DNA of 64,000 nucleotides from a candidate division FCPU426 bacterium (lineage in GTDB: Bacteria > Oederibacteriota > JAAXVQ01 > JAUVAV01). Shown one piece after another: positions 49,506-62,565 of this stretch. Below the pieces are notes generated by a model. It was not told where the DNA came from and searched no databases. It was given only the letters and a program-made list of their open reading frames with translations. A program made the translations under genes and the position numbers. Where the stretch lies: positions 1,533,076-1,597,075 of the forward strand of contig JBFLYH010000001.1 in assembly GCA_040756875.1 (NCBI GenBank). The letters run 5' to 3'. Numbering within the stretch: the stretch's first letter is position 1; every line of letters begins with the position of its first letter.

Positions 49506-49524
49506 CCCCGGGCTTCGCCCGGGG
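49506..49524. repeat. Dispersed palindrome, copy 2
   Basis: CCCCGGGC-TTC-GCCCGGGG followed by GGCTCC. Confidence 0.6.
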
Positions 49525-49662
49525 GGCTCCGCCTCCCTGCTCCGAGGTTTTAAGGTTTCGGCGCAGGGGTTGGCGTTTGGTCTGCTGCATGAAAGCCCTC
49601 CGTCATTCGGCCAAGAGTCCATGAGTTTATAGTATTCGGGCCGCGCCAAGCAATGAAAATAT

Positions 49663-52733
<3,071 letters not shown>

Positions 52734-52892
52734 ATCACCCCGGGATGGTTTGCCCCTTCAGGCATTTCGGTGCCGGGGCCGAATCCCCTTCTTACCCTAA
52801 CCGGAAAAATCAGGATTCACGGTGTCCAATAAGTATGCCGGGCATCGTTTCCTTCCCTTGCTTCCCTGCCCTGCCGAGGGGAGGCGGTTCAA

Positions 52893-53480
52893 ATGAAAAG
52901 CTTCGTTGCGTTTTTAACCCTTGCGGCGGTAACAGGGGTTTTTGCACCTTCGAGCCTGACCGCCGAGGAGCAACTAACCGTAAAAATCAACACTCCGCCT
53001 TTGGAACGCCCTCTGACCGAAACGGACGAATGGTACAACCGGGCTTACCATACGCTGTGGGCTCAGCCTGACTTTTGGAGATCCCTGGCAGGACGGAAGC
53101 CGCACGCAGACCGGGTCCGGGCGCCGAAAACACCCTCCTCGCCCTTGACCGTCTATGGCGACCGCGAAAAAAACCTGGTTTGGTTCGTCTGGTCAAACCG
53201 GGTGCTGGGTCAAGTGCGGCGGATCGAAATCACCGATATCGCCGGCGATCACCTGGCCACCCTGCATCCCGGCACGCGTGAATCCGCCGCGTGGAACTTC
53301 GGGGATCGCCTGGCTGACATTGTTTACTTCCGCGTGTGGCTTGTCCGCGACCACCAGGAAATGCCGCTGCCCCCGAGTGGAGTGCCCCCCGGACTAAAGT
53401 CCGGGGCTCCCTCCCTCCGCAAACTAATCCCGCAATCCTCTCCCCGGGCTGAAGCCCGGGGATTCCTGCGGAGGGATTAA
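52893..53480 (+). CDS. Exported hypothetical protein whose C-terminus reads through palindromic repeats
   Basis: GGAGG RBS, signal peptide; the last ~34 codons overlap the palindromes. Confidence 0.6.
   Translation: MKSFVAFLTLAAVTGVFAPSSLTAEEQLTVKINTPPLERPLTETDEWYNRAYHTLWAQPDFWRSLAGRKPHADRVRAPKTPSSPLTVYGDREKNLVWFVWSNRVLGQVRRIEITDIAGDHLATLHPGTRESAAWNFGDRLADIVYFRVWLVRDHQEMPLPPSGVPPGLKSGAPSLRKLIPQSSPRAEARGFLRRD
53379..53479. repeat. Dispersed palindromes, copies 3 and 4 (IS200/IS605-end-like remnant)
   Basis: CCCCGGACT-AA-AGTCCGGGG (53387-53406) and TCCCCGGGCT-GA-AGCCCGGGGA (53441-53462), followed by TTCCTGCGGAGG. Confidence 0.65.
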
Positions 53481-53515
53481 AATTGTCATTTTTCGCTGAA
53501 ACGGACGGCGGCTCT

Positions 53516-54259
53516 TCACTCGATTTGCACCCTGGCCTCGGGGTTAAACGGATTGGTCCGCAGGGCGAAAGAGAACAGATAAGGATAGCGCTCCTGGAGA
53601 TGGCCGAGGTACGCCAGCCATTCCTTGAGCAGCAAGGCGTAAACCCTTTGCAGGTCTGAAGCCAAATGGTTCAAATCCGCAGCCGGCGCATTCCTCAAGG
53701 TCTCCCGCGCGGCCAGTTCTTCGGTCAGATGAAACGTGGCCCACAGCAGGGAGGTAAAGCGTTCGTGCTCCAGCAAATTGGGGTTCTGCAGCAGGTTGAG
53801 CAAGCTCGGGCGCTTGCCGATTAAAAAGTTCCGCAACGCGTCGAGATCTCCTGCCCGGCTGTCCACCGGCAGCGCCAGCGTTGCGAGCGTCCGCACGGCC
53901 TGCCTGAAATCGCGGCGCGTCCAGGTGGTTTTAAACAGCACGGTCTGCCGCACCGCCTCCACGGAACCCGGGCTGAAGGCCGCGCACCGCGCCAGCAAAG
54001 CGGTCCCGACGTCGCTGAAAAACGTGCCGATCGCCATGTTCATCTTTTCCAGCATGGCCTGTTTTTCGCGGATGCTGAGCAAGCGGTCGATGATCAGGGT
54101 CACGATCAAAACCTGGAGCGGGACGAACGCCATGTCCTGCAGCAAATAAAATCCCGTGTTGCGCAGGTCGTGAAACAGCTGATACTGGGCTAGGTACATG
54201 AGGCCGGACAAGGCCAGCAAAGCGGCCGAGAGCAGAGCCTGCCAATGGATTTTATGCAT
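53516..54259 (-). CDS. Hypothetical membrane protein
   Basis: Two N-terminal TM helices; NPNLLEHE.F..LLWA.FHL.EEL and YPYLFS..RTNPF look family-like. GGAGG RBS. Confidence 0.8.
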   Translation of the reverse strand: MHKIHWQALLSAALLALSGLMYLAQYQLFHDLRNTGFYLLQDMAFVPLQVLIVTLIIDRLLSIREKQAMLEKMNMAIGTFFSDVGTALLARCAAFSPGSVEAVRQTVLFKTTWTRRDFRQAVRTLATLALPVDSRAGDLDALRNFLIGKRPSLLNLLQNPNLLEHERFTSLLWATFHLTEELAARETLRNAPAADLNHLASDLQRVYALLLKEWLAYLGHLQERYPYLFSFALRTNPFNPEARVQIE

Positions 54260-54271
54260 GGAATCCTCCGT

Positions 54272-55150
54272 TCAACGGGTTGAACCCCGTTTTTGACACT
54301 GCGGGCACCAATGCGTGCCGCGCTGGGCCACCACGCCTTTGGCCACAGGCCGGCCACAGGCCGGACACGGCCCGCCTTCCCGGCCGTAAACGCGCAGCCG
54401 GTCCTGAAACCCGCCGCGCCGGCTTTCGGGATCAAAGTAATCCGACATGGTCGTGCCGCGAAAACGGATGGCCTCGGCCAGGACCTCGCGGAGGGCGGCG
54501 TGCAGGCGCCGGATTTGCGGCGGGGCAAGGCTCCCGGCCGGAACCTGGGGCGCCAGTCGGGCCCGGAAGAGCGCTTCGTCCGCATAGATGTTGCCGACGC
54601 CGGCGATTACTTTTTGATTCAGCAGCAGGGCCTTGACCGGCGCCTTTTTACCGTGCAGGCTGTGGCTGAGTTCTTCCGGCGTGAAAGCCGGATCCAGGGG
54701 TTCGGGCCCGAGGCCGGCGAAGGCCGCGCGCTCTTCCTCCCTGTCCCGCAGCCATCTCAGGCTCCCGAACTTCCGGATATCCCTGAAATACAGGTGCCAG
54801 CTTCCGGTGAAATCAATGATCAGATGCGTGTGCTTGTCAGGCAGGGGCGGCAATCCGCTCGCAGGCTGTTGCCCGTCCTTCGCCGCAAAGAACTGCCCGG
54901 TCATCCCCAGGTGGACCAGCAGGGCCCCCTGATCCAATTCGATCACCAGGTATTTGGCCCGCCGGCGGACCGCCTTGACCCGCCGCCCCTGCAGGCGCCC
55001 GGCTAAATCGGTTTTGTGGCCGGCCAGCTCCCTCGTCAGACGCGAGCCGGCTGTGCGCGGCCTTCGGACCTCGGCTGAAAGGACGCGGCGGCCGGCCAGT
55101 TTGCGCTCCAGGACCCTGCGAATGGTCTCGACTTCCGGCAATTCAGGCAA
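54272..55150 (-). CDS. mutM: Formamidopyrimidine-DNA glycosylase
   Basis: PELPEVE, RRAKY, HLGMTG, GVGNIYADE, C-terminal Zn finger. Confidence 0.97.
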   Translation of the reverse strand: MPELPEVETIRRVLERKLAGRRVLSAEVRRPRTAGSRLTRELAGHKTDLAGRLQGRRVKAVRRRAKYLVIELDQGALLVHLGMTGQFFAAKDGQQPASGLPPLPDKHTHLIIDFTGSWHLYFRDIRKFGSLRWLRDREEERAAFAGLGPEPLDPAFTPEELSHSLHGKKAPVKALLLNQKVIAGVGNIYADEALFRARLAPQVPAGSLAPPQIRRLHAALREVLAEAIRFRGTTMSDYFDPESRRGGFQDRLRVYGREGGPCPACGRPVAKGVVAQRGTHWCPQCQKRGSTR

Positions 55151-55268
55151 AACGCGCCTCCTCGGTTTTCGTTTCCAGACTCCGCTTTTTTGGGCGGCAT
55201 TTTTTCCTTTATCAATCGGGCGCTATTGTCTATGCTTGACTTCACCGCCGGTTCGACAGGAGTCCTGC

Positions 55269-56498
55269 ATGCACCCTCCGCTTATTGACCTGCTCTCCAA
55301 CAGCGCCCGCCACATGCGCGCCTCGGAAATCCGCGAACTGCTCAAGCTGCTCGAAGCCCCGGGCATGATCAGCTTTGCCGGAGGGCTGCCGAATCCCGAA
55401 GCCTTTCCCTTCGAGAACCTGCAGCTCGTCATCAATCACGTCCTCGCCAAACACGGCCGCGAAGCCTTCCAGTACGGCGTCACCGAGGGCCACACCAAGC
55501 TGCGCGAAGCCATTGCCCACGGCATGGGCCACGTGTTCGGCGCGCCGCAGTCCATCGGCAATGTCCTGGTCACGACCGGATCGCAGCAGGCCCTGAACCT
55601 CCTTACCCAGATTTTCGTCAATCCGGGCGACGTGGTGCTGACCGAGAACCCCTCCTACCTGGGAGCCCTGCAGACCTTCCGCTCTTACCAGGCGCGGATC
55701 GAAGCCGTCCCCGTGGATCAGGCCGGCTTGCGCACGGACCTTTTGGAGCAAACCCTGCGCCGGTTGCGCGCCGAAAACAAGCCGCCGAAATTCATCTACA
55801 CGATCCCGAATTTCCAGAACCCCTCGGGTGTGACGCTGTCCCGGGAACGCCGCGAACAGCTCGTCGCCCTGGCGGAGGAATACCGCGTGCTCCTGGTGGA
55901 GGACGATGCCTACGGGTTGCTGCGGTTCGAAGGGGAACCCGAACCCCTGCTCAAGCGGCTGGACGCTTCGGACCGCGTGGTGTATTTGGGCTCGTTTTCC
56001 AAAATCCTCGCTCCGGGCTTCCGGGTGGGCTGGGTCGCCGGCCCCGAAGAGGTCGTCAACCGCGTCGCCATCGCCAAACAGGCGCAGGACCTGTGCACGA
56101 ACACCTTCGGCCAGTACTGCGTCTACGAGGCCATCCACCACGACCGGCTGTTTCCGCACGTGGCGGAAATCGTCAAGCTCTACCGGGGCAAGCGGGACCT
56201 CATGCTCAGGCAATTGGCCGAGCAATTCCCCTCCGCGGCGGTCTGGAGCCGGCCGCAGGGCGGCATGTTCATTTGGGTGACCCTGCCCGAGGGATTCGAC
56301 GCGGCTGCCCTGCTGCCCCAAGCCGTGAAACACCAAGTGGCGTATGTGGACGGCACGCCGTTTTTTCCCAACGGCGGGGGGCGCAACTGCTTCCGGCTCA
56401 ATTTCAGCTATGCTTCGGACAGCCAGATCCTCGAGGGCATCGCCCGGCTGGGCCGGTTCGTCTCCGAACAACTGTCTTCCGGTTCCGGACGCGCTTAA
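55269..56498 (+). CDS. PLP-dependent class I aminotransferase (LysN/2-aminoadipate transaminase-like)
   Basis: SEIRELLK, ISFAGGLP, FQNPSG, EDDAY, GSFSKILAPGFRVGW. Start ATG 55269. Confidence 0.92.
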   Translation: MHPPLIDLLSNSARHMRASEIRELLKLLEAPGMISFAGGLPNPEAFPFENLQLVINHVLAKHGREAFQYGVTEGHTKLREAIAHGMGHVFGAPQSIGNVLVTTGSQQALNLLTQIFVNPGDVVLTENPSYLGALQTFRSYQARIEAVPVDQAGLRTDLLEQTLRRLRAENKPPKFIYTIPNFQNPSGVTLSRERREQLVALAEEYRVLLVEDDAYGLLRFEGEPEPLLKRLDASDRVVYLGSFSKILAPGFRVGWVAGPEEVVNRVAIAKQAQDLCTNTFGQYCVYEAIHHDRLFPHVAEIVKLYRGKRDLMLRQLAEQFPSAAVWSRPQGGMFIWVTLPEGFDAAALLPQAVKHQVAYVDGTPFFPNGGGRNCFRLNFSYASDSQILEGIARLGRFVSEQLSSGSGRA

Positions 56499-57046
56499 CC
56501 CTGCTTTTCCCCTCTGGACGAATAGCGGCATCCGCAGTAATTCTGCCGGTACAAGCCTAATTGCCGCGACCATTCCAGGGAGCGCTTGAAACCGTCCTGT
56601 TTCTTGAAATCCATTTCCAGAAACCGCACGCCCTGCTGCCGGGCCAGTTCGCGGCCAAGGCGAAAAATCAGGGCCGCGTCCTTATGGGGCGAAATGGTGA
56701 GCGTGGTGGCGAAAGCAGGGATGTTCAATTCCCGGGCCTTGGCTGCCGTGGCCGCGAGGTTGTGGCGAAAACAGGCCTCGCAGCGCCGGCCCCGTTCGGG
56801 TTCGTCCTCCCACCCGGCCACGGCCGTCTGCCAGGCTTCGGGATGATATCCGGCCGGAACCAGTGGAAACCCGAGGGCCACGGCCACGCGTTCCGCGTTG
56901 TCAAGCCGGCGGCTGAATTCCTCCGGAGGATGAATATTGTCGTTCTGAAAATACCCCAGCACGTCATACTCCGCCCGCAGGCGTTCGACCGTCGCCGTGG
57001 CGTCGGGCGCGCAACAGATATGCAGAAGCACTTTGGATTTTCCCAT
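56495..57046 (-). CDS. queH: Epoxyqueuosine reductase QueH
   Basis: LHICCAP, NIHP..E...R, CEAC, SPHK, YRQNYCGC. Confidence 0.93.
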   Translation of the reverse strand: MGKSKVLLHICCAPDATATVERLRAEYDVLGYFQNDNIHPPEEFSRRLDNAERVAVALGFPLVPAGYHPEAWQTAVAGWEDEPERGRRCEACFRHNLAATAAKARELNIPAFATTLTISPHKDAALIFRLGRELARQQGVRFLEMDFKKQDGFKRSLEWSRQLGLYRQNYCGCRYSSRGEKQG

Positions 57047-57180
57047 GGCCGCATCCGGTTTCGAAGTCCGCTGATTATAGGCGCATTCCCCGGACCCCGC
57101 AAGGGGGAAAACCCCCTTGGAGGCCCTCCGGCCGCGTGCTACAATCCAACACCTGCAGTGTCAGGCCAAGGAAGCCGCCC

Positions 57181-58650
57181 ATGATCATAAAAACCGATCC
57201 CCTGGTGATTGCCGGTTATTTGGAAGACGCCTCCGGATTCACGGCCGGCCGTGCCGACCGGCTGGTGATCCCGGAAACCGCTGCGGAATTGTCCGCGTAT
57301 CTGGCCGAAGCTTCCCGGCGCGCCGAACCGGTCACGGTGTCCGGCGGCCGCACGGGCGTGGCTGCCGGCGCCATCCCTGCCTGCGGCACGTTGTTGTCCC
57401 TGGAAAAATTCGACGGGGTGGGCCCCATTCAGCATACAGGGGAGGGCGGCGAAATCACGGTCGGCGCGGCCGCACGCCTGGAAGCCGTGAAAGCCGCGGC
57501 CGCGGCCCAGGGCTTGTTGTACGCTCCGGACCCCACCGAACGGACCGGAACCCTGGGCGGCAACGTGGCCACGAATGCCAGCGGCGGCCAGGGATTCAAA
57601 TACGGAACCACGCGCGCCTACGTCCTGGGCCTGCGCGCGGTCTTGAGTACGGGCGAGCAACTGGCCCTGGAGCGCGGGCAGAGCCCGCGCCATCCGGACC
57701 GGCTGGTCTTCACATTGGAATCAGGGCGAAAATTGGAGGTCAACCGGCCGCTTCTCCCTCCCCTGCGCGTGGTGAAGAACGCAGCCGGCTATTACTCGGC
57801 GCCGAACATGGACCCCCTGGACCTATTGATCGGCATGGACGGCACCCTGGCCGTGATAACGGAGATCAAATTGAAGCTGCTGCCCGCGCCGGAAGGGGTC
57901 TTTTCCCTGGCCGCGTTCTTCCCCACCCTGTCGGAAGCCTTGCGCTGCGCCGACCGGCTCAGGACAGCCGGACAGCAGGCCCCGGCCTCGCTCGAATTCA
58001 TGGACCGCCATGCCCTGAGCCTGCTGCGTCCGCAGTTCTCCAACCTGCCTTCTGAAGCCGAAGCCGCGCTGTTGATCGAGCAGGAGTATTCGGCGGCCGC
58101 CGAGGAACCGCTTCTCGCTGCCTGGTCGGATTTTTTCTCCGGACTGGGCCTTTCGGACCGCCTGCTCTGGCTGGCGGCAACGACCCAGGACCGGGAACGG
58201 CTCCGGACCTTCCGCCACGCCCTGCCTGAAACCGTAAACACCATCGTCAGGCAGCGAAAATTCCCCAAAGTCGGGACGGACATGGCTGTCCCGCCTGAGG
58301 AATTTGGCGGCATGCTGGAAATCTATCTCAGCGGTTTGGCGGCCAGCGGGCTCGAGCATCTCCTCTTCGGCCACATCGGCGAATGCCATTTGCACGTCAA
58401 TGTCCTGCCGCGCAACCAGGAGGAATTCGACCAGGCCAAGCAGCTGTACCTGGAATTCGCACGCCAGGCCGTGGCCCGGGGCGGCACGGTCAGCGCCGAA
58501 CACGGCATTGGCAAGCTTAAGCACGAATTCCTCCGCCTCATGGTGGGCGAGGCGGGGTTAAGGGAAATGGCGCGGGTCAAACGGGCGCTTGATCCAGCCC
58601 TGATCCTCAACCGGGGCAATATTTTCCCTGAATTTTACCTGGAACCCTGA
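57181..58650 (+). CDS. FAD-binding oxidoreductase (GlcD/D-lactate dehydrogenase family)
   Basis: GGNVATNASG, KNAAGY, GHIG..HLH, SAEHGIG, DP..ILN. Confidence 0.92.
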   Translation: MIIKTDPLVIAGYLEDASGFTAGRADRLVIPETAAELSAYLAEASRRAEPVTVSGGRTGVAAGAIPACGTLLSLEKFDGVGPIQHTGEGGEITVGAAARLEAVKAAAAAQGLLYAPDPTERTGTLGGNVATNASGGQGFKYGTTRAYVLGLRAVLSTGEQLALERGQSPRHPDRLVFTLESGRKLEVNRPLLPPLRVVKNAAGYYSAPNMDPLDLLIGMDGTLAVITEIKLKLLPAPEGVFSLAAFFPTLSEALRCADRLRTAGQQAPASLEFMDRHALSLLRPQFSNLPSEAEAALLIEQEYSAAAEEPLLAAWSDFFSGLGLSDRLLWLAATTQDRERLRTFRHALPETVNTIVRQRKFPKVGTDMAVPPEEFGGMLEIYLSGLAASGLEHLLFGHIGECHLHVNVLPRNQEEFDQAKQLYLEFARQAVARGGTVSAEHGIGKLKHEFLRLMVGEAGLREMARVKRALDPALILNRGNIFPEFYLEP

Positions 58651-58740
58651 TTTTCGCCGGAGAGTCCAAGTCTTTGTCATTGGCGCTGTTTTTCCCCTAT
58701 GCTAGAATGACTTTTATTCCCGGAAAGCGAGGCGGCGAAT

Positions 58741-60129
58741 ATGCATAAAGGCATCCTGGGCGCTTTATTGACGATAGGAATGGCCCTGTTCCTGCCAGCC
58801 CCGGCCGCCTGGGCTTCCACTACACCGGTAAATGTCACCAGCGTGGTGGTTTCCCCCGCCACAATCGGCAACCCGGCCCAATACGCCATTGACATTGATA
58901 TCGCCGCGGACGGCGAACTGACCGGAGGCGTGCATATCATTTCAGTGGTTTTTCCCTATGATACACTGGTCAGCAGCGGTTCCATCAGCGGAATCACTGT
59001 CGAAGGCACGGCCGCGGCCAGCGCCATCGGAAACGCGGCTAGTTACCAAATAGACATCACCCCAACTCAGACCCTGGCCGGCGGCACGACCGCGGTCACC
59101 CTGCTGATACCCGCGGCCGCGATCCGCAACCCCACTACCACCGGACTATACAGCCTGATGGTCTTGACTTCCATCCAACCGGCCGGCACCAGCCCCAATT
59201 ATTCCATCGGGGTCTCCTCCACCTCTGTCAACATATCCTCCGTTACTCCCAGCCCGAACTACGTGAACACACAGGCCCAATACACCATTGGCTTCAACAC
59301 AAGCGCAGACGGCGCGCTCTTGGGCGGGGTCAGCCAGATCGTTATCACCTTCCCTTCCGATTCCGTTGTTCTCAACGGAACGATCTCCGGCCTCACAGTC
59401 AACGGTACGGTTGCTGCCTCGGCCTCCGGCAATTCCAGCCTGCGCCGCATCACCATCATTCCCACGCAAACCCTAGCCGGCAGCACGTCCGTCACTCTGA
59501 TCATTCCCAGTGCAGGCGTACGCAACCCCACCATTCCCTCCACTTACACCCTGACCATCTCCACGACCGTCCAGCCAGCCGGCACATCGCCCGCCTATGA
59601 CATCTACCCCTTGCCCACGGCGACTTTCACGCCCACCCGCACGGTCACGCCCACTTCCACCGCCACGCCCACGCGGACCTCCACCCGCACTGCTACTCCG
59701 ACCCGCACCCACTCGCCGACCTTTACTCAAACGCCAACCTTTACGATCTCCCCGACCTCGACCGTGACTCCGACCATTACCCTGACCTCCACGCCTTCGC
59801 CCACGGTCATCGCCACGGCCACCACCACGCCCACGCCCTTTGAGCTGGCCAGCGGCGTGGTTACCGCCTATCCCGTACCGGCCATTGGCAATGACCTGTG
59901 GTTCGCCTATGCCACCGCGGGCCCGGCCGAGGTCACCATCGAGATTCACGCGGTGACCGGCGAACGGGTGCATTCTCTTTCTGATCAGGCGTCCGGGGCC
60001 GGGACCAGGCGCGTGCACTGGGACATTGAAAAAGTGGCGCCGGGCGTGTACTTTTACCGCCTGGTCATCCGTTATCCCGACCAATCCACCGCCTCAAAAT
60101 TCGATAAATTCGTCATTATTAAGCGGTAA
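58741..60129 (+). CDS. Surface protein paralogue 1: signal peptide, 2 beta modules, Thr/Pro stalk, C-terminal sorting-like domain
   Basis: AWA-STTPV; two ~133-aa repeats ending QPAGTSP.Y; TPT repeats; AYPVP...WD...APGVYFY...FVIIKR. Confidence 0.85.
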   Translation: MHKGILGALLTIGMALFLPAPAAWASTTPVNVTSVVVSPATIGNPAQYAIDIDIAADGELTGGVHIISVVFPYDTLVSSGSISGITVEGTAAASAIGNAASYQIDITPTQTLAGGTTAVTLLIPAAAIRNPTTTGLYSLMVLTSIQPAGTSPNYSIGVSSTSVNISSVTPSPNYVNTQAQYTIGFNTSADGALLGGVSQIVITFPSDSVVLNGTISGLTVNGTVAASASGNSSLRRITIIPTQTLAGSTSVTLIIPSAGVRNPTIPSTYTLTISTTVQPAGTSPAYDIYPLPTATFTPTRTVTPTSTATPTRTSTRTATPTRTHSPTFTQTPTFTISPTSTVTPTITLTSTPSPTVIATATTTPTPFELASGVVTAYPVPAIGNDLWFAYATAGPAEVTIEIHAVTGERVHSLSDQASGAGTRRVHWDIEKVAPGVYFYRLVIRYPDQSTASKFDKFVIIKR

Positions 60130-60210
60130 GCAATAAAGCCGGCTGAAACCATCGACAAAACGCGCGTGAAAGTGCTAAAATAAGGGATATTTTCAAACCG
60201 AGAGTGTGAC

Positions 60211-62487
60211 GTGATGAACAAGGTTACCCGGCTCAATCTGGCGACGTTCGTCTGTCTCTGCGTGGCCGCCCTGGGAACGGCCGGCCGCACGCTCGCCTCC
60301 ACCACGCCAGTCAATATCGTCTCGGTCGGGTTGGCGCCGACTACTATAGGTAATCAGGCTACTTATACGAACGACTTTGACATTGCTGCGGACGGCCCTC
60401 TTGTCGGCGGCGTGGACCCCATTGTGATCGTCTTTCCCGCCGATACACTCGTCACCAACGGCGCTTTAAGCAATGTGCTGGTTGAAGGGATAGCAGTGAC
60501 CTCCGCCAACGGCGACAGCGGAGCAAGAACCATCACACTCGTTCCCAGCCAGAATCTTCCTGGTGGCACAACCGGGGTTTCACTGACCATCCCCTCCACA
60601 GCGGTCCGCAACCCTACCGTAGTTGGATCGTATACCCTGCAGATCGCAACCATCCAACAACCCGCGGGCACCAGCCCCTCCTATTCAATTGGAACCTCAA
60701 GCACGCTTGTCACCGTGGTATCCGCCACACCCAGCCCAAACACGATTGGCAACTTAGCCCAGTACCTCATCGATTTCAATTCCGGCATAGACTGCGCCTT
60801 ATTGGGCGGCATAAGCACGATTACCATCACTTTTCCCGCAGGCACGACCGTGGCCAATGGCGCGCTCAGCGGTGTGACTGTGGAAGGCCTCGCCGCCACC
60901 TCGGCAACCGGAAATGCCGGAGCCCGCACCATTACCATCGTGCCCCAGCAAAGCATCGCGGGCAACACCAGCAATATTACGCTTTATATTCCCAGCACCG
61001 GCGGCGCGCTGCGCAATCCGCTCTCTACCGGCAATTACACACTCACAGTAAGCACCAGCGTGCAGCCCAGCGCCGGCACCAGCCCTATTTATTCCATTGG
61101 CCTGTCCGCCACGCCGGTCAGCATTGACTATGTGGCGCCTTCTCCGGCGATCATCGGCAATCCAGCGCAGTACGACATCCAGTTCGACGTGGCCAGCGAC
61201 GGCGGCCTGGTGGGCGGTTCCAGCACGATCACCATCACTTTTCCCAGCGATACATTCGTGACCAACGGCGCTCTCACCGGGGTGACCGTGGAAGGCCTTG
61301 CCGCCACCTCAGCCACAGGCAATTCCGCCGCGCGTACCGTAGCGGTCGTGCCCTCTCAAAACATCAACGGCGGTGTTTTGAACAGAAATGTCATTATCCC
61401 TTCAACTTACTTGCGCAATCCCACCACAGCCGGCAGTTATGTCGCGACTGTTTCCACCAGCGTCCAACCCGCGGGCACGAGCCCTGCTTACAATCTTATC
61501 CTCTCCTCTACGGCCGTGACCGTGGTCAGCGTCGTGCCGAGTCCGAACGTCATGGGTCAATCCGCTACCTACACCATTGATTTCAACACCAGCGCGGACG
61601 GCGCTCTGGTCGGCGGCACAAGCACCATCACCGTGACATTTCCGTCTGATACCGCCGTTGCGAACGGCGCCATCAGCGGCGTTACCATCGAAGGTACTGC
61701 CGCCACGTCGGCTACGGGCAGCACCGCCAGCCGTTCCGTTACCATCGTTCCGACGCAAAACATTTCCGGCAGCACCACCAATATCACCATTTACATCCCC
61801 AGCACAGCTGTCACCAATCCAACCATGGCAGGCAACTACACCCTGACCGTTTCCACGTCCGTCCAACCGGCGGGCACGAGCCCGCTTTATTCCATTCTAC
61901 AACCCACGCCCACGTTCACCCCCACGCGCACCCCCACGCCGACGATTACCCCTTCTTCCACCTTCACACCCACGCGCACCCATTCGCCGACCTTCACCGC
62001 CACTCCCACGCGCACGGACACGCCCACCTTCACCGCCACGCCCACGCACACCCCCACCTTCACCATTTCGCCCACCTCCACCCACACCCCCACCTTCACC
62101 ATTTCGCCCACCCGCACCACCACCCCCACCGTCACCCTGACCTCCACCATTTCCCCCACGGTCCTTGCCACGGCCACGGCCACCACCACCCCGGTCTCCC
62201 TGACCGCCGACCAGGTGGTCGCCTATCCGGCACCGGCCATCGGCCCGGACCTCTGGTTCGCTTTCGCGCCCACCGGCCCGGCCAGGGTCAAAATCGAGAT
62301 CTACAACCTCACCGGCGAGCTTTGCCAGACCCTGCGCGACGAGTGCCCGGCAGCCGGCGTCTGGCGCACGCACTGGGACATCCGCGACGTGGCTCCGGGC
62401 GTCTACCTCTACCGCCTCACCCTCCTTTACCCCGCGGAAACCCGCACCTTTGCCTTCAAGAAATTCGTCATCATCAAACAACGCTGA
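60211..62487 (+). CDS. Surface protein paralogue 2: 4 beta modules, Thr/Pro stalk, C-terminal sorting-like domain
   Basis: Same architecture with four repeats; AYPAP...IEIYNLTGE...WD...APGVYLY. Confidence 0.87.
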   Translation: MMNKVTRLNLATFVCLCVAALGTAGRTLASTTPVNIVSVGLAPTTIGNQATYTNDFDIAADGPLVGGVDPIVIVFPADTLVTNGALSNVLVEGIAVTSANGDSGARTITLVPSQNLPGGTTGVSLTIPSTAVRNPTVVGSYTLQIATIQQPAGTSPSYSIGTSSTLVTVVSATPSPNTIGNLAQYLIDFNSGIDCALLGGISTITITFPAGTTVANGALSGVTVEGLAATSATGNAGARTITIVPQQSIAGNTSNITLYIPSTGGALRNPLSTGNYTLTVSTSVQPSAGTSPIYSIGLSATPVSIDYVAPSPAIIGNPAQYDIQFDVASDGGLVGGSSTITITFPSDTFVTNGALTGVTVEGLAATSATGNSAARTVAVVPSQNINGGVLNRNVIIPSTYLRNPTTAGSYVATVSTSVQPAGTSPAYNLILSSTAVTVVSVVPSPNVMGQSATYTIDFNTSADGALVGGTSTITVTFPSDTAVANGAISGVTIEGTAATSATGSTASRSVTIVPTQNISGSTTNITIYIPSTAVTNPTMAGNYTLTVSTSVQPAGTSPLYSILQPTPTFTPTRTPTPTITPSSTFTPTRTHSPTFTATPTRTDTPTFTATPTHTPTFTISPTSTHTPTFTISPTRTTTPTVTLTSTISPTVLATATATTTPVSLTADQVVAYPAPAIGPDLWFAFAPTGPARVKIEIYNLTGELCQTLRDECPAAGVWRTHWDIRDVAPGVYLYRLTLLYPAETRTFAFKKFVIIKQR
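61957..62293 (+). repeat. Direct repeat, copy 1 (copy 2 at 63664-64000)
   Basis: Gap-free alignment at offset 1707; 62167-62293 is identical to 63874-64000. Confidence 0.9.
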
Positions 62488-62565
62488 CCGTAGGCTATTC
62501 CAACCGTTCCGTTTGATATGCTATAATTGACCCATGCCAGTATTCCTCCGCTAAACGGGGCTGTC

